Assembly (NCBI GenBank): GCA_964016885.1
Contig: OZ024741.1
Location: forward strand, 279,062,001-279,126,000
Length of the DNA stretch: 64,000 bases
DNA from: Eledone cirrhosa
Lineage: Eukaryota
Direction of reading: 5' to 3'
The notes beneath the pieces are model-generated. The model saw only the letters and a list, made by a program, of their open reading frames with translations, was not told the origin of the DNA and ran no database searches. The position numbers were made by a program, and so were the translations under genes. Shown here piece after piece: positions 14,038-27,266 of this stretch (positions within the stretch are counted from its first letter, which is position 1; each line of letters starts with the position of its first letter).

Positions 14038-14924
14038 AAAGAATCTCGAACGGTGTGGGACGATGGAGGAAGTGAGAGAGAGGGTGAGTAGCAGAGAGTG
14101 AGTGAGTGAAAGTGTGAGGAAGATGCTAGCCGAGAGAGGGTGACTAGCAGAGGGGGTGAGTGAAAGTAAGAGGGAGAAGGAGAGAGAAGGGGGAGAGAGA
14201 AAAAGGATAGCAGTAAGGGAAGAGAAAAAGACAGGTCACAGCGAAGGGGAAAGCATATAGGAATGAAAAATGGTGAGCTGTGTTGTTGCAAATAGGATAT
14301 ATATAATAAATGAAGAATTAGAAATAGAAGCCAGGACTATCCGTCATCAATGGTCTACTAGCCATCATAGGTATTTCTTCGCATTACAGACTATATATCT
14401 CAATCTAGGGCGATACAATAACTAAATTAGGTTATTGGGATAAAAAGAGTTGGGTGGAGAAAGCGAGACAGGTAAACAAACACGAATGGTGAGGCAACGT
14501 ATCGGCTAGCCTCTCCCTCACACTTTCACTCACTCACTCTCCGCTACTCACCCTCTCTCTCACTTCCGCCATCGCCCCACACCGTACGAGATTCTTTCCT
14601 CGCTCACATCCGCACGGCCAAGATGTGTCTTTGCCTTCTCGTCAATATTCGCAAGTTCTTATGTTCTCATTTTTTCCTCTCTTTACGTTGCCTCACCATT
14701 CGTGTTTATTTACCTGTCTCTCTTTCTCCACCCAACTCTTTTTATCCCAATAACTTAATTTAGTTATTGTATTGCCCTAGCCGGAGGCATATGGTCTGTA
14801 ATGCGAAGAAATACCTATGATGGCTAGTAGACCACTGATGATGGATATTCCTGGCTTCTATTTCTAATTCTTCATTTATTATATATATCCTATTTGCAAC
14901 AACACAGCTCACCATTTTTCATTC
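14038..14924. mobile_element. Interleaved double inverted repeat (A-C-A'-C')
   Basis: About 14038-14133 is inverted at 14502-14597, and about 14261-14501 is inverted at 14685-14924. Confidence 0.75.
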
Positions 14925-14926
14925 AA

Positions 14927-14992
<66 letters not shown>

Positions 14993-15110
14993 CGGGGGAG
15001 TTGTGGTAAGGAACCAGATGGACCATAACGCACCAGAGTACTCAATACTTAGGGTAGTAGAAATAGCCGTCGAAACAGCTTGAGCTCTGCCGTTGGGGTC
15101 ATACTTTCTC

Positions 15111-15154
<44 letters not shown>

Positions 15155-15229
15155 CGGGATCTTCTGAAATAGTTTCAGAAGATCCCGTTAAGGGTGAAAG
15201 CAGCGATTCTTTGCTTAAACTTTAATCTG

Positions 15230-15302
<73 letters not shown>

Positions 15303-15336
15303 TGAGAAAAACCACAGACCCTCCATCTCAACTCTA

Positions 15337-15372
15337 CTTTTGAAAAGCAGAAGAACTGCGAAACCGGTAAAG
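15337..15372 (+). ncRNA. Minimal type I hammerhead-like motif, U3-A8 variant
   Basis: CTT-TTGAAAA-GCAG-AAGAA-CTGC-GAAA-CCGG-TA-AAG: stem I CTT/AAG, stem II GCAG/CTGC, palindromic stem III ACCGGT. Confidence 0.55.
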
Positions 15373-15436
15373 GAACCAAATAAATATATATATATTTTTT
15401 TTAAATTGGAGTTGCATTTTCGATTTCATCTTTTTT

Positions 15437-15474
<38 letters not shown>

Positions 15475-15483
<9 letters not shown>

Positions 15484-15730
15484 TAAACAAATAATGAATA
15501 AACAATTCCTTATATTAAACAAAAAAAGTTCATTATTTAACGATCGTTTCTAGGGTATATATGTGTTATAATTGGTATGCATATTCAATTATAACACATA
15601 TATACCCTGTGTTATAATTGGTATGCATACCAATTATAACACATATATACCCTAGAAACGATCGTTAAATAATGAACTTTTTTTGTTTAATATAAGGAAT
15701 TGTTTATTCATTATTTGTTTAATATTTTAT
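15475..15730. repeat. Near-perfect palindrome with nested internal palindromes
   Basis: About 105-bp arms (15475-15580 vs 15625-15730). The centre carries duplicated GTGTTATAATTGGTATGCATA units. Confidence 0.85.
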
Positions 15731-15864
15731 CTTGACTCTGTATACCGTTTATCTTTCACCGAAAGTGGTTTTTCATTACATCTCTTCTTTCCATGATATC
15801 CGGAATACATTGAGTTCTTCATACGGATTGGACACTACCGTAAACTCTTGGTAGATTTATCTAC

Positions 15865-15895
<31 letters not shown>

Positions 15896-16002
15896 TACAT
15901 GGTGGTGATGGCTGGGGGCTTATTACATCGGGTCTAGGCTTATTACCAGCTTTACACAGGTCCCTCACCACTGTAAACAACTCCGTTTTCTCTCTTTTTC
16001 AG

Positions 16003-16122
16003 ATAACCTTATTTTGTCACATGGATATGTAACTGATTCGGACCATTTCTCAGCCAACGCAGCACTGATGGCGAAGCTTCTGTGCAGCAAAGACGGCGAA
16101 ACTGATGTCAAATGTTATAGAG
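16003..16122 (+). CDS. Internal coding exon (120 bp, phase 1-1) of an unidentified host gene, repeat copy 1
   Basis: Polypyrimidine tract plus tttttcag acceptor and AG|gtagga donor. Open frame (D)NLILSHGYVTDSDHFSANAALMAKLLCSKDGETDVKCYR. Paralogous to the exon at 18156. Confidence 0.8.
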
Positions 16123-17714
16123 GTAGGACAAATCGATAGTGTCTTCATTAATTTCTAATTAAAAATATCTAGAATTCTATTATTCTGCCATCACCAGTAA
16201 AATACTGGGGTCGATATAATCGACTTTCTTCTCCCCACAAATTGATGGCCTTGTGTCTAAATTATAAATCATTATTCTGCCATCACATTATTTTGTGTAT
16301 GCCTATGGATATTGTCTCCCAGCAACGAAATCAGATATAAACTTCGATTGGTTTGATCTCTAATCAGCATCAGGCTGTCTTTTTCCGATACGTGACAAAA
16401 GTCCTTAGCCGAATTCGAACGAGGAATATTGTATTTCTAAACACACGTTCTTATCTAATAGGCCACTAAACATGTACACTGTACATTTGTCAGTCAGTGT
16501 TGGATTTACCTATAAGGTAAATAAGCTATAGCTCAGGGCCACACACCCTCGGGTTGTGATAGAATGTACTGCTCTTTCTAGCACACAGGTATTGCCTGTT
16601 CGTCCGGCATGCTATCTATATAGAGAGAGGGAAATACTACTCTGCCTTTCACACAATCCTCTAACTAACTAAAACCTTTCTGTGTTGTCGTTTGTTGTCG
16701 ACTGATCTGACATCTCACTCACTCGCCAATGACTCCTTTTTTTCGAAAACAAAAAAGGAGTCGTTGATATCAGTAATCTATTAGATATTCTCTTAGTTTA
16801 GAAATATAAGTTTCTCATTCCACTCCACTCTGGAAGACCAGTCCGACCGACCGCAATATTGGGTAATTCATGAATTCAAATGTTTTCTATGCCGTGGGAA
16901 GAAAAGGAATAAACATCTGAGAAAGGTTTTTTTTTTCTCTTTCAAACAAAGATTCTATCTGAAACTCCAGATTCCTTTCTCCCTATAACATCAATTAATC
17001 CCAACTCACACACTTCACTGTGTCATTTTTTCCAATACAAAATATTTCCAGTTTGCACAGACTGTTCTTGTTTTACCTGTCATGTAAGGTAAATTTAAAA
17101 TTATTTTTAAAGTTGTCATCTTTAAGGACAATGTTAATAATCTGATAAATTACAATTGGCAGAATCGGTAGAGAGTCACACAAAATGTTTTGCAGTATTT
17201 AGTTACGGCCCTTTACGTTCTAAATTCAAATCTAGTCGAGGTTTACTTTGCTTTTCGTCTTCCTGGGGACGATAAAATAAAAAATAGTTTAGTATTAGAG
17301 TCGATATACTCAACTGCTCTCTACCACAATTTCTGGCCGGGTGGCAATGTAAGAAATTATCATTAAACACAATTTATTTCATACACTAATGTATATCTAC
17401 AAATATTGATAGCTCGAAAAGGAAAATCGACTTCGGTGGGCTTTGAACTCAGAACGCAGAAAACTGGAACGAACACCACAATGTATTCTATCCGCTAAAA
17501 ACTCTGACACTTCGCTGTCTGTACCAGTTGTTTACAGTGTGTCTTTGTATTCTACATAGAACTAGTTAGACTCGACTGCTGAAAGTTAGATATTTTGGTA
17601 ACGAATACGAAACACTTCTGATGATAAGAATCAAACCAACAACTTTACGATTGGTTGTCTGAAAACACACCATCTCGATCGTTCTGCAATTTCTTAGTAA
17701 CATATTTTCGATAT

Positions 17715-17850
17715 ATACAAGGTGCATTCAAGAAATGTTGAGACTTCTTCAGGGAAGTCATTATTGATTTCAAAGAAGGATCATTCAAAGTAAGATCCTC
17801 TACTTCAATGCACTTGTTGTAGTGCTCCAAACACTTCGTAGAAATCCACT
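17715..17850 (-). mobile_element. Mariner 3'-end fragment
   Basis: TA-CAAGGTGCATTCAAGAAATGTTGAGACT is TIR-like. The minus strand translates as LEHYNKCIEVE, resembling a mariner transposase C-terminus. Confidence 0.5.
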
Positions 17851-18155
17851 GCAGTACTGGACTGGGTGGAAGGATGAAAGGTAAAAAGAAAAACGTAATG
17901 ATGATGATTATGATGATGATGGTGGTGGTGGTGATGGTGGTGGTGGTGGTGGTGGTGGTTTTAACGGTGATGATAAGGAGGAGGAAGAAGATGTGGATGA
18001 TGATGGTGGTGGTGGTGGTGGTGGTGGTGATGATCATGATGAGTTGGAGGAGGATTTTTTTCTGTAAATATTAATAATTCACACAACACACCTTTTGGGG
18101 GGTTTACATGTGTTCTTTTCTTTATGTTGTTTTATATCTTATTTTTATTTTTCAG

Positions 18156-18275
18156 ATAAATTGCTTTTGTCAAAGGGATATGTAAGTGACTCAGATGATA
18201 TATCAACCAACACAGCATTGCTGGCAAAGGCACTGTGCACTAAAGACGGTGAGATTGATGATAAATGTTACAGAG
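18156..18275 (+). CDS. Internal coding exon (120 bp, phase 1-1) of an unidentified host gene, repeat copy 2
   Basis: tttttcag acceptor and AG|gtaaga donor. Frame (D)KLLLSKGYVSDSDDISTNTALLAKALCTKDGEIDDKCYR, 27/40 residues identical to copy 1 with the same length and phase. Confidence 0.82.
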
Positions 18276-18325
18276 GTAAGACATTCTCATAAGCATGTTT
18301 AGCAGATACTCTCGGGTCTCATGTG

Positions 18326-18575
18326 AAGGCGCGTGGCTTTGTGGTTAGAGTATTCAGCTCGCAATCGTAAGGTCGTGAGTTCGATTCCCGACAGCACGCT
18401 GTGTCCTTGAATAAGACACTTTATTTCTGTCACGCTAAATTTCCCTGAGAACCAAGTTAAGGTTACGCTTGTTTGTGGACTGCTCCGCCACTTGCGCGTT
18501 AATTTCCCGAGTAGGCTGTTCCGTTAATCGTATCCACTAAAACACTCCTCGTCGTAACCGACGGAGTGCCAGTTA
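18326..18575 (+). mobile_element. Second tRNA-derived SINE family
   Basis: GGCGCGTGGCTT.GTGGTTAG...GTGAGTTCGATTCCC tRNA-like head. Related heads or bodies at about 29900-30178 (-), 37365-37650 (-), 53930-54160 (+) and 60780-61035 (-). Confidence 0.75.
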
Positions 18576-19341
18576 TCGGGTCTCGAATAATCGTCACACA
18601 CCTCCGCTTATTAATTTTTAATTCTCCCCCACTTTTGCTAATCTATCTCCAGCGAAATTTTATTTTAAGTGGTAGCATTCCTGCGACAATTAATTTTCTA
18701 TATACATTAAAAAACATTATATGAGAGAAAAAGAACATTACTAGAAATCCCATACATTATAAAATAAATAGGAGGGGTCGGGATCTCAATATGTACACTA
18801 AAGACTAATTCTGGTTTTTAAAAATATCAGCGGAGACAATCTAGAAAAATTACTGATTTTTCTCACACATTCCCCCGCTTAATCCGCCCTACTCCGCTCC
18901 ACATCTCCCCAACCCCCCCTTATTATTTGGGACCCGGGAGTAGATATAAAACTATATTAGGCAGCGAATTGGCAGAGTCGTTAGAACGTGAGATAACATT
19001 TTCTGCGATATTCGTTCCGGCTCTCCGCTGTCAACTTTGTCTTTTAATCTATTGAAGTCGGTAAAAAAAAGTACCAGTCCTGTACTGGGGTCAATTCTTC
19101 TCTATATATCTTTCTTAATTCCTCTCTATTACTTTCTCTCTTTTTCTGGAAGAAATCGGCTGTGTTCAGACCTGGTGGGGGATGGGCTCTGCCAGATCTA
19201 AAAAGTGGCCAAGAAACGCCGTGTGTTATTATGGCTTCTCTCCGACCCCACAATGTGTTAAGGATCCATGCATTCACCTTACAACTATAGTAGGGAATTG
19301 CTTCAACACTTATTTACCTGCATTAAATTAACATGTGGTTC

Positions 19342-19440
19342 CCGAGGTTAACTTTGCCTTTCATCCTTAAGGGGTCGATAATATAAAGTACCAGTAATGC
19401 ACTGGGTAATTGCTGGCCTTGTGCCAAAAGTAGAAACAAT
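19342..19440 (+). mobile_element. 5'-truncated SINE with 20-bp TSD
   Basis: ATTAAATTAACATGTGGTTC flanks both sides (19322-19341 and 19439-19458). Confidence 0.85.
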
Positions 19441-19601
19441 TAAATTAACATGTGGTTCGGTGAAATGGCAGTATTGGTTTAGTCTTTCGTCATCATCGTC
19501 CAGTCACGTGGCCAACTGTGGCTCACCAGCCGTAGCTGACCTTTAGCTTTCTCAATGACACACCTAATTTCAAAATTGCCTTGAGGTTTTTAGTAGTGTT
19601 A

Positions 19602-22374
19602 CCCGCCTTATGACGAGCCACATCCTATGAGGCCCAAAGTCCACCTTATGACGAGCCACATCCTATGAGGCCCGCCTTATGAGGAGCCACATCCTATGAG
19701 GCCCATAGTCCACCCAATGACGAGCCACATCCTATGAGGCCCATAGTCCACCCAATGACGAGCCACATCCTATGAGGCCCATAGTCCACCCAATGACGAG
19801 CCACATCCTATGAGGCCCATAGTCCGCCTTATGACGAGCCACATCCTATGAGGCCCATAGTCCACCTTATGACGAGCCACATCCTATGAGGCCCATAGTC
19901 CGCCTTATGACGAGCCACATCCTATGAGGCCCATAGTCCACCTTATGATGAGCCACAACCTATGAGGCCCATAGTCCACCCTATGACGAGCCACATCCTA
20001 TAAGGCCCATAGTCCACCTTATGATGAGCCACAACCTATGAGGCCCATAGTCCACCCTATGACGAGCCACATCCTATGAGGCCCATAGTCCACCTTATGA
20101 TGAGCCACATCCTATAAGGCCCATAGTCCACCTTATGATGAGCCACAACCTATGAGGCCCATAGTCCACCCTATGACGAGCCACATCCTATGAGGCCCAT
20201 AGTCCACCTTATGATGAGCCACAACCTATGAGGCCCATAGTCCACCTTATGACGATCCACATCCTATGAGGCCCACCTTATGACGAGCCACATCCTATGA
20301 GGCCCATAGTCCACCTTATGACGATCCACATCCTATAAGGCCCGTAGTCCACCTTATGACGATCCACATCCTATGAGGCCCATAGTCCACCTTATGACAA
20401 GCCACATCCTATGAGGCCCATAGTCCACCTTATGACGATCCACATCCTGTGAGGCCCATAGTCCACCTTATGACGATCCACATCCTATGAGGCCCGCCTT
20501 ATGACGAGCCACATCCTATGAGGCCCATAGTCCACCTTATGACGATCCACATCCTATGAGGCCCATAGTCCACCTTATGACGATCCACATCCTATGAGGC
20601 CCATAGTCCACCTTATGACGATCCACATCCTATGAGGCTCATAGTCCACCTTATGACGATCCACATCCTATGAGGCCCATAGTCCACCTTATGACAAGCC
20701 ACCTCCTATGAGGCCCATAGTCCACCTTATGACGATCCACATCCTATGAGGCCCATAGTCCACCTTATGACAAGCCACATCCTATGAGGCTCATAGTCCA
20801 CCTTATGACGAGCCACATCCTATGAGGCCCGCCTTATGACGAGCCACATCCTATGAGGCCCATAGTCCACCTTATGACGATCCACATCCTATGAGGCCCA
20901 TAGTCCACCTTATGACGATCCACATCCTATGAGGCTCATAGTCCACCTTATGACGATCCACATCCTATGAGGCCCATAGTCCACCCAATGACGAGCCACA
21001 TCCTATGAGGCCCATAGTCCACCTTATGACGATCCACATCCTATGAGGCTCATAGTCCACCTTATGACGATCCACATCCTATGAGGCTCATAGTCCACCT
21101 TATGACGATCCACATCCTATGAGGCCCATAGTCCACCCAATGACGAGCCACATCCTATGAGGCCCATAGTCCACCTTAAGACGATCCACATCCTATGAGG
21201 CCCATAGTCCACCTTATGACGATCCACATCCTATGAGGCTCATAGTCCACCTTATGACGAGCCACATCCTATGAGGCCCATAGTCCACCTTATGATGAGC
21301 CACATCCTATGAGGCTCATAGTCCACCTTATGACGATCCACATCCTATGAGGCTCATAGTCCACCTTATGATGAGCCACATCCTATGAGGCTCATAGTCC
21401 ACCTTATGACGATCCACATCCTATGAGGCCCATAGTCCACCTTATGACGATCCACATCCTATGAGGCTCATAGTCCACCTTATGACGATCCACATCCTAT
21501 GAGGCCCATAGTCCACCTTATGACGATCCACATCGTATGAGGCTCATAGTCCACCTTATGACGAGCCACATCCTATGAGGCCCATAGTCCACCTTATGAT
21601 GAGCCACATCCTATGAGGCTCATAGTCCACCTTATGACGATCCACATCCTATGAGGCTCATAGTCCACCTTATGATGAGCCACATCCTATGAGGCTCATA
21701 GTCCACCTTATGACGATCCACATCCTATGAGGCCCATAGTCCACCTTATGACGATCCACATCCTATGAGGCTCATAGTCCACCTTATGACGATCCACATC
21801 CTATGAGGCCCATAGTCCACCTTATGACGATCCACATCTTATGAGGCTCATAGTCCACCTTATGATGAGCCACATCCTATGAGGCTCATAGTCCACCTTA
21901 TGACGATCCACATCCTATGAGGCCCATAGTCCACCTTATGACGATCCACATCCTATGAGGCCCATAGTCCACCTTATGACGATCCACATCCTATAAGGCT
22001 CATAGTCCACCTTATGACGATCCACATCCTATGAGGCCCATAGTCCACCTTATGACGATCCACATCCTATGAGGCCCATAGTCCACCTTATGACAAGCCA
22101 CATCCTATGAGGCCCGCCTTATGACGAGCCACATCCTATGAGGCCCATAGTCCACCTTATGACAAGCCACATCCTATGAGGCCCGCCTTATGACGAGCCA
22201 CATCCTATGAGGCCCATAGTCCACCTTATGACAAGCCACATCCTATGAGGCCCGCCTTATGACGAGCCACATCCTATGAGGCCCAAAGTCCACCTTACGA
22301 TGAGCCACATCCTATGAGGCCCGCCTTATGACGAGCCACATCCTATGAGGCCCAAAGTCCACCTTACGATGAGC
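19602..22374. repeat. 38-bp minisatellite array (about 2.8 kb) with 31-bp variant units
   Basis: Unit CCACCTTATGACGA(G/T)CCACATCCTATGAGGC(C/T)CATAGT repeated about 70-75 times. Confidence 0.95.
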
Positions 22375-22435
22375 TAGATATGCGGCTCACGAAAAAGTTT
22401 GCCCATGTCAAATCAAGTCTTTTTCTTTCCTTCTC

Positions 22436-22530
<95 letters not shown>

Positions 22531-23556
22531 TTCCCTCCTTCTCACTCTCTCTATCTATCTATCTATCTATCAATCCAACGCCCTCTCTCACACCCCTCCC
22601 CCTCCCCCTATCTCTCTCACCCACACACATACCATTCCATCTTTCTTGTTTTCTGGGTTTTCTTTTACTTTATTTTTTTATTTTTTTATTCCGTTTCTTT
22701 TGTTCCTTCTTCGCCGCTCAGAAAACAATTGTATAACGTGGGTTTAACGGATTACCCAGCATGCAACACAACACGGGACGAGAATATGATGACATTTGAT
22801 GTCACCTTTATTTTAACAGAGAAACAGACTCATTAATTCACTCGACCATTACATGTCTCCGCCATACTGAACTTGAACATACTTATTATGATATTTCTTG
22901 ATATCTTTCTATACAAGGTCTTCATTAGTTTCTCTTAATTACACATGTGATACATAATTATATTTAGCTAATTATCTGACTCAGATGGAATAGAAATGGT
23001 TGTTAAATATTTTTTCTTCTTAATTGTATGTATGTACGTTGTGTATGTGCCTGTGTTTATATATGTGTGTGTATACATATGTACGGGTGTCTTTCTGTGG
23101 GTGGGTGTTCCGCGTTATTCATTTCAGAACCTCTAATTCTTTTTTTTTTCTTTTTTTTTTCATGTTTTTATATAATCCAATATAATCGATGACTTGGCAA
23201 AGTCATTCCAGTATCGAATCGAATTAAAATTGTTTTTGTAGTTGTTCCGGCTCTCTGTGCTCCGAATTCAAATCCCACCGAGGTCAACTTTGCCTTTCAT
23301 CCTTTCGATGTCGATAAAAACAGTACCAGTCTAGTACTGTGGTCGATTTTCCCGCTATCTCTCTTTATCTTTCATTCTTCATCTCTCTTTCTTTCTTTAG
23401 AGGACTCTAGCTGAGTTACGTACGACCTGGAGAGAGATGGGTTCTACCAGGTTTAAATGCCAAAATATGTCGTATGGCACTGCTGCGCCTCCATGAGTCC
23501 ACTCGGAGTTACGAGTCCATTAGGAGATACGGGTTCATACATACATACTTTTAAAT

Positions 23557-23735
23557 AATTGTTTCTACTTTTGGCACAAGGCCAGCAATTATCCCAGTGC
23601 ATTACTGGTACTTTATTTTATCGACCCCGTAAGGATGAAAGGCAAAGTTAACCTCGGCGGGATTTGATCTCAGACCGTAAGGGAGCGTAACTCTATGCTG
23701 CAAAGCATGGCGTCCGACCCTCTACCGATATTACC
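23557..23735 (-). mobile_element. tRNA-derived SINE (main family)
   Basis: High identity to the other copies. A truncated copy also lies at about 26750-26862. Confidence 0.88.
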
Positions 23736-24388
23736 ACGAAGAGCGAACAATGGAATTTCTTTAGTCTTACTCTTTTGTTTCAAATTTGATCGCGTCTAGA
23801 GCTCCTATCATTAACTCTCTTTCTTGACCCTCCGCATATGTTTAAATCATCATTTCAAATAAGGGACTCAATTCACTTTCTATGAATACTTCTACGTGAT
23901 CGACGCTTGATATTCTAGAAATAGCAGTCAAACATCCCCTAAATCACACTTTGTCACTGCCATTATCATTGTTCCCATAACTCGAAATAGAGTTGTATGT
24001 GCGCATTTTAAAGCTGGCAGCACCCATCGTTTTTCTGGTTTGACCACAGCCGATTTCTTCCACAGAGAGAATGATCGGCACCAGTACTGGATTGATATTT
24101 TATTTATCGACCCCAAAAAGAGGAAAGGAAACGTTAGCCTCGGTGAGATTTGAAATGAGAGCTCAGATAGCCGGAATAAATACCACAAAGAAATTTCTCT
24201 GAAGCTCTAACGATTCTGTCTATATAATATATTATATTATATATATATATATAATATATATATATATATATAATATAATATATTATATATATATTATATA
24301 TTATATATATATAATATATATATAATATATAAATGAAAGGTATAGAAATTGTTGTAGCGAGAAGCTAACAGTATTCCATAACATATAT

Positions 24389-24426
<38 letters not shown>

Positions 24427-24588
24427 AGTTAGTTCCACAAGAGGCAGTACACCATTTTCGAGGACGCGCGTTTCACTAACTCTAGTTGAAAATGGTTTAC
24501 TAACTGTTTTAGAACTAACTTCTGCTGAACTCGTCCCATGGACTGAGTTCTCTACTTACTACGGATATAACTTCCCAGTGTTCTACCA

Positions 24589-24671
<83 letters not shown>

Positions 24672-25542
24672 CTCAGAATATACAGGCATTTCTATGATAT
24701 ATTCGCAGAGTAAATAGAGAAAAATAATGGGGATTTTTTTTTCGTTTCGTTTTGTTTCGAGAACATAATTTTCTTCGGCAGCGAGCTTACCCAAGTGTTT
24801 ATATTGTTTATAAACATATCTGTTAGACACGCAGTGACTAACAACAGAATGTTTTAAGTCTGCGTGTCTGACATATATGCGTAGCTTGTGAATAAAAAAT
24901 TCAAGGGGGGTCGCTGGCCGTGGTGATCCCTGCCAAACATCTTTTGTAATGTATCGTCTTATTAGCTAATTTCATCGTCTTATTGGCTAATCAACTAACG
25001 AGAGTAATTGTTGTTCAAAAGCCTCCGCGATTTTGTTTGCACGTTTATTTATCTTTCGCTTTCGAATCTTCCCCCTGTATTTCGTCGTTTTATCATCAAA
25101 ATATTTTCTCGTTTTGGTAAGTTATATTGTTAATTTATATATGATTTTTAAAAATTTATATTAACTTTTTTTTTTCAGTTCGTTATAACATACTTATAAT
25201 ATTGGTGGTATCATATATACTTGTATATTTGTCCATATTATTGTTCGTTTTATGTTAGATTATTTTATTATTATTATGTTAGACTATTTGTATGTAATAT
25301 TTAATTTTTATTAATTCAACTATAACAATTATTATGTAAAATATATTTATTTAATATTGATTGTTTTTTGTAGTTGTTTATATTAAAAGTCTGAAAATAT
25401 TTTTATACATCTTACAATAATATTTATAAGATCATTTATAAAATAACAATTATATAGTCTAATTACATTACAACGATAATTTATTATTAATATATATCAT
25501 GTTTAACTAGAGTTATTACAAGCGTTGCCTTAAAAAAAATTA

Positions 25543-25992
25543 AACTAGACCTGAAAAATGCGCAAGCTCAAAAGAACCACAGAATGTTATAATAAACCTT
25601 CAAAAGTGTAGGACTAGAGTTGTTGCTCAACAATATTGTAATCATTATCTATCGTACACTCTGTGGCATCCTTTTAGAAAAAAGAGACTCATAACGAACT
25701 CAAGCCGACACGATAATTATTTAAGTGAATTTATAATATAGAATTTGGTTTAAGTGCATTTCGTATTAATCATTACTAAACATCTAATATGAGATATTGA
25801 ACATTAGCTTAAATAATTACCGTGTCGTCTTAAGTTCGTTATGAGTCTCTTTTTTTTTATAAAAGGATGCCACAGATTGTACGATAGATAATGATTACAA
25901 TATTTTTGAGCAACAACTCTAGTCCCACACTTTTGAAGGTTTATTATAACATTCTGTGGCTCTTTTGAGCTTGCGCATTTTCAGGTCCAGTT
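25543..25992. mobile_element. Fold-back element (about 180-bp inverted arms, about 80-bp spacer)
   Basis: 25543-25725 is the reverse complement of 25808-25992 with scattered mismatches. Confidence 0.8.
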
Positions 25993-26379
25993 ATATATGT
26001 TTATGTTTTCATATACACCTTTATTATACCTAAACGCTAACTTAGAATGTGTGACGAACAGAGGAGACAGCGACCTGATGCCTTCCTGCAAATGAGAAAA
26101 ACTTTTTGTGGATTTAGTTTCATTTTCTCAAAAGCCCAAGTCCTCCTTTACTTCAATTATTGGGGATATTTATCAGGCAATTCTGAAGATTGTAGATTTT
26201 CAGATTCCTCGAGCAATGCTGTAGAAGTCGAATCGACGTGTTGCTGTCGACCATACTTTAGTTGGGTGATTTTTGTTCTTAAGTGGTGGGTTTTTTTTTA
26301 AATATTTATCTAATAAGGGTTCATTTATCTCTAGAGGGAGCCGGGTAATCGGATCCAGGTGGAATATGTTTTGAACCAT

Positions 26380-26545
26380 TGACCCTTATGAGTTCTTCCG
26401 CCCTTTGTCAGGTTTTGTTTTTTGTCCTGCAGGGTGTCCAAAATCACCCTCCTCACCAAGTCAACTTGGTGGGGTTGCCGGTTTAGTCGCCGCCAACCCG
26501 ACCATGCGACAGGTTGTACTGGGTTACATATTACCTGTAGCACTC
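26380..26545 (-). mobile_element. RTE-type 5' region / derived short element
   Basis: The reverse complement matches 55670-55835 (ggtaa.atgta.cccagtacaacctg...ggcgactaaa...gagggtga.tttg.aca.cctgca.gac.aaaaacaaaacctg). Confidence 0.6.
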
Positions 26546-26585
26546 AAGAGTGACTCGACATATATACATATGTACATACATACAA

Positions 26586-26675
<90 letters not shown>

Positions 26676-27006
26676 GATTAAATTCAGAAATACTCATATA
26701 TATATAATCTATATTTATCTCTCTCTCTCTCCATATATATATATATATAGTAATTGTTTCTACTTTTGGCACAAGGCCAGCAATTATCCCAGTGTATTAC
26801 TGGTACTTTATTTTATCGACCCCATAAGGATGAAAGGCAAAGTTAACCTCGGCGGGATTTGAATAGTAATAATAATAAATGTGAAGCCTAAAATCCGAAG
26901 AGGGCTCGGTAAGGATTTTTTAAAGATTTTTAAAGATTGATTTTCTTAGTTTCAGGTGAAGGGTGAAAGTAGCGATTCTTGGCTTAAACTTTAATCTGTT
27001 ATTTTA

Positions 27007-27050
<44 letters not shown>

Positions 27051-27266
27051 AAGAATGGATTCAGTTTCAAACTGGTTAGACCATTACTCACTCAACAAAG
27101 TACTCGATACGTTGGGTAGTAGTGTATGGTTATATTATAAAGAGTCGGGACAATGGACCATAACGGCTGCTCCATATATATATATATAACAAAGGAATTG
27201 TGGTAACGAACCAGATGGACCATAACGCACCAGAGTACTCAATACTTAGGGTAGTAGAGTGGGAAA

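Noticed and set aside
17052-17088. Cys-rich mini-exon between the duplicated exons (VCTDCSCFTCHV)
   Set aside because: Neither candidate donor gives the phase needed to join the 18156 exon in frame, and there is no independent support.
19602-22374. CRISPR-like array
   Set aside because: The units are directly adjacent with no unique spacers, there are no cas genes, and the context is eukaryotic.
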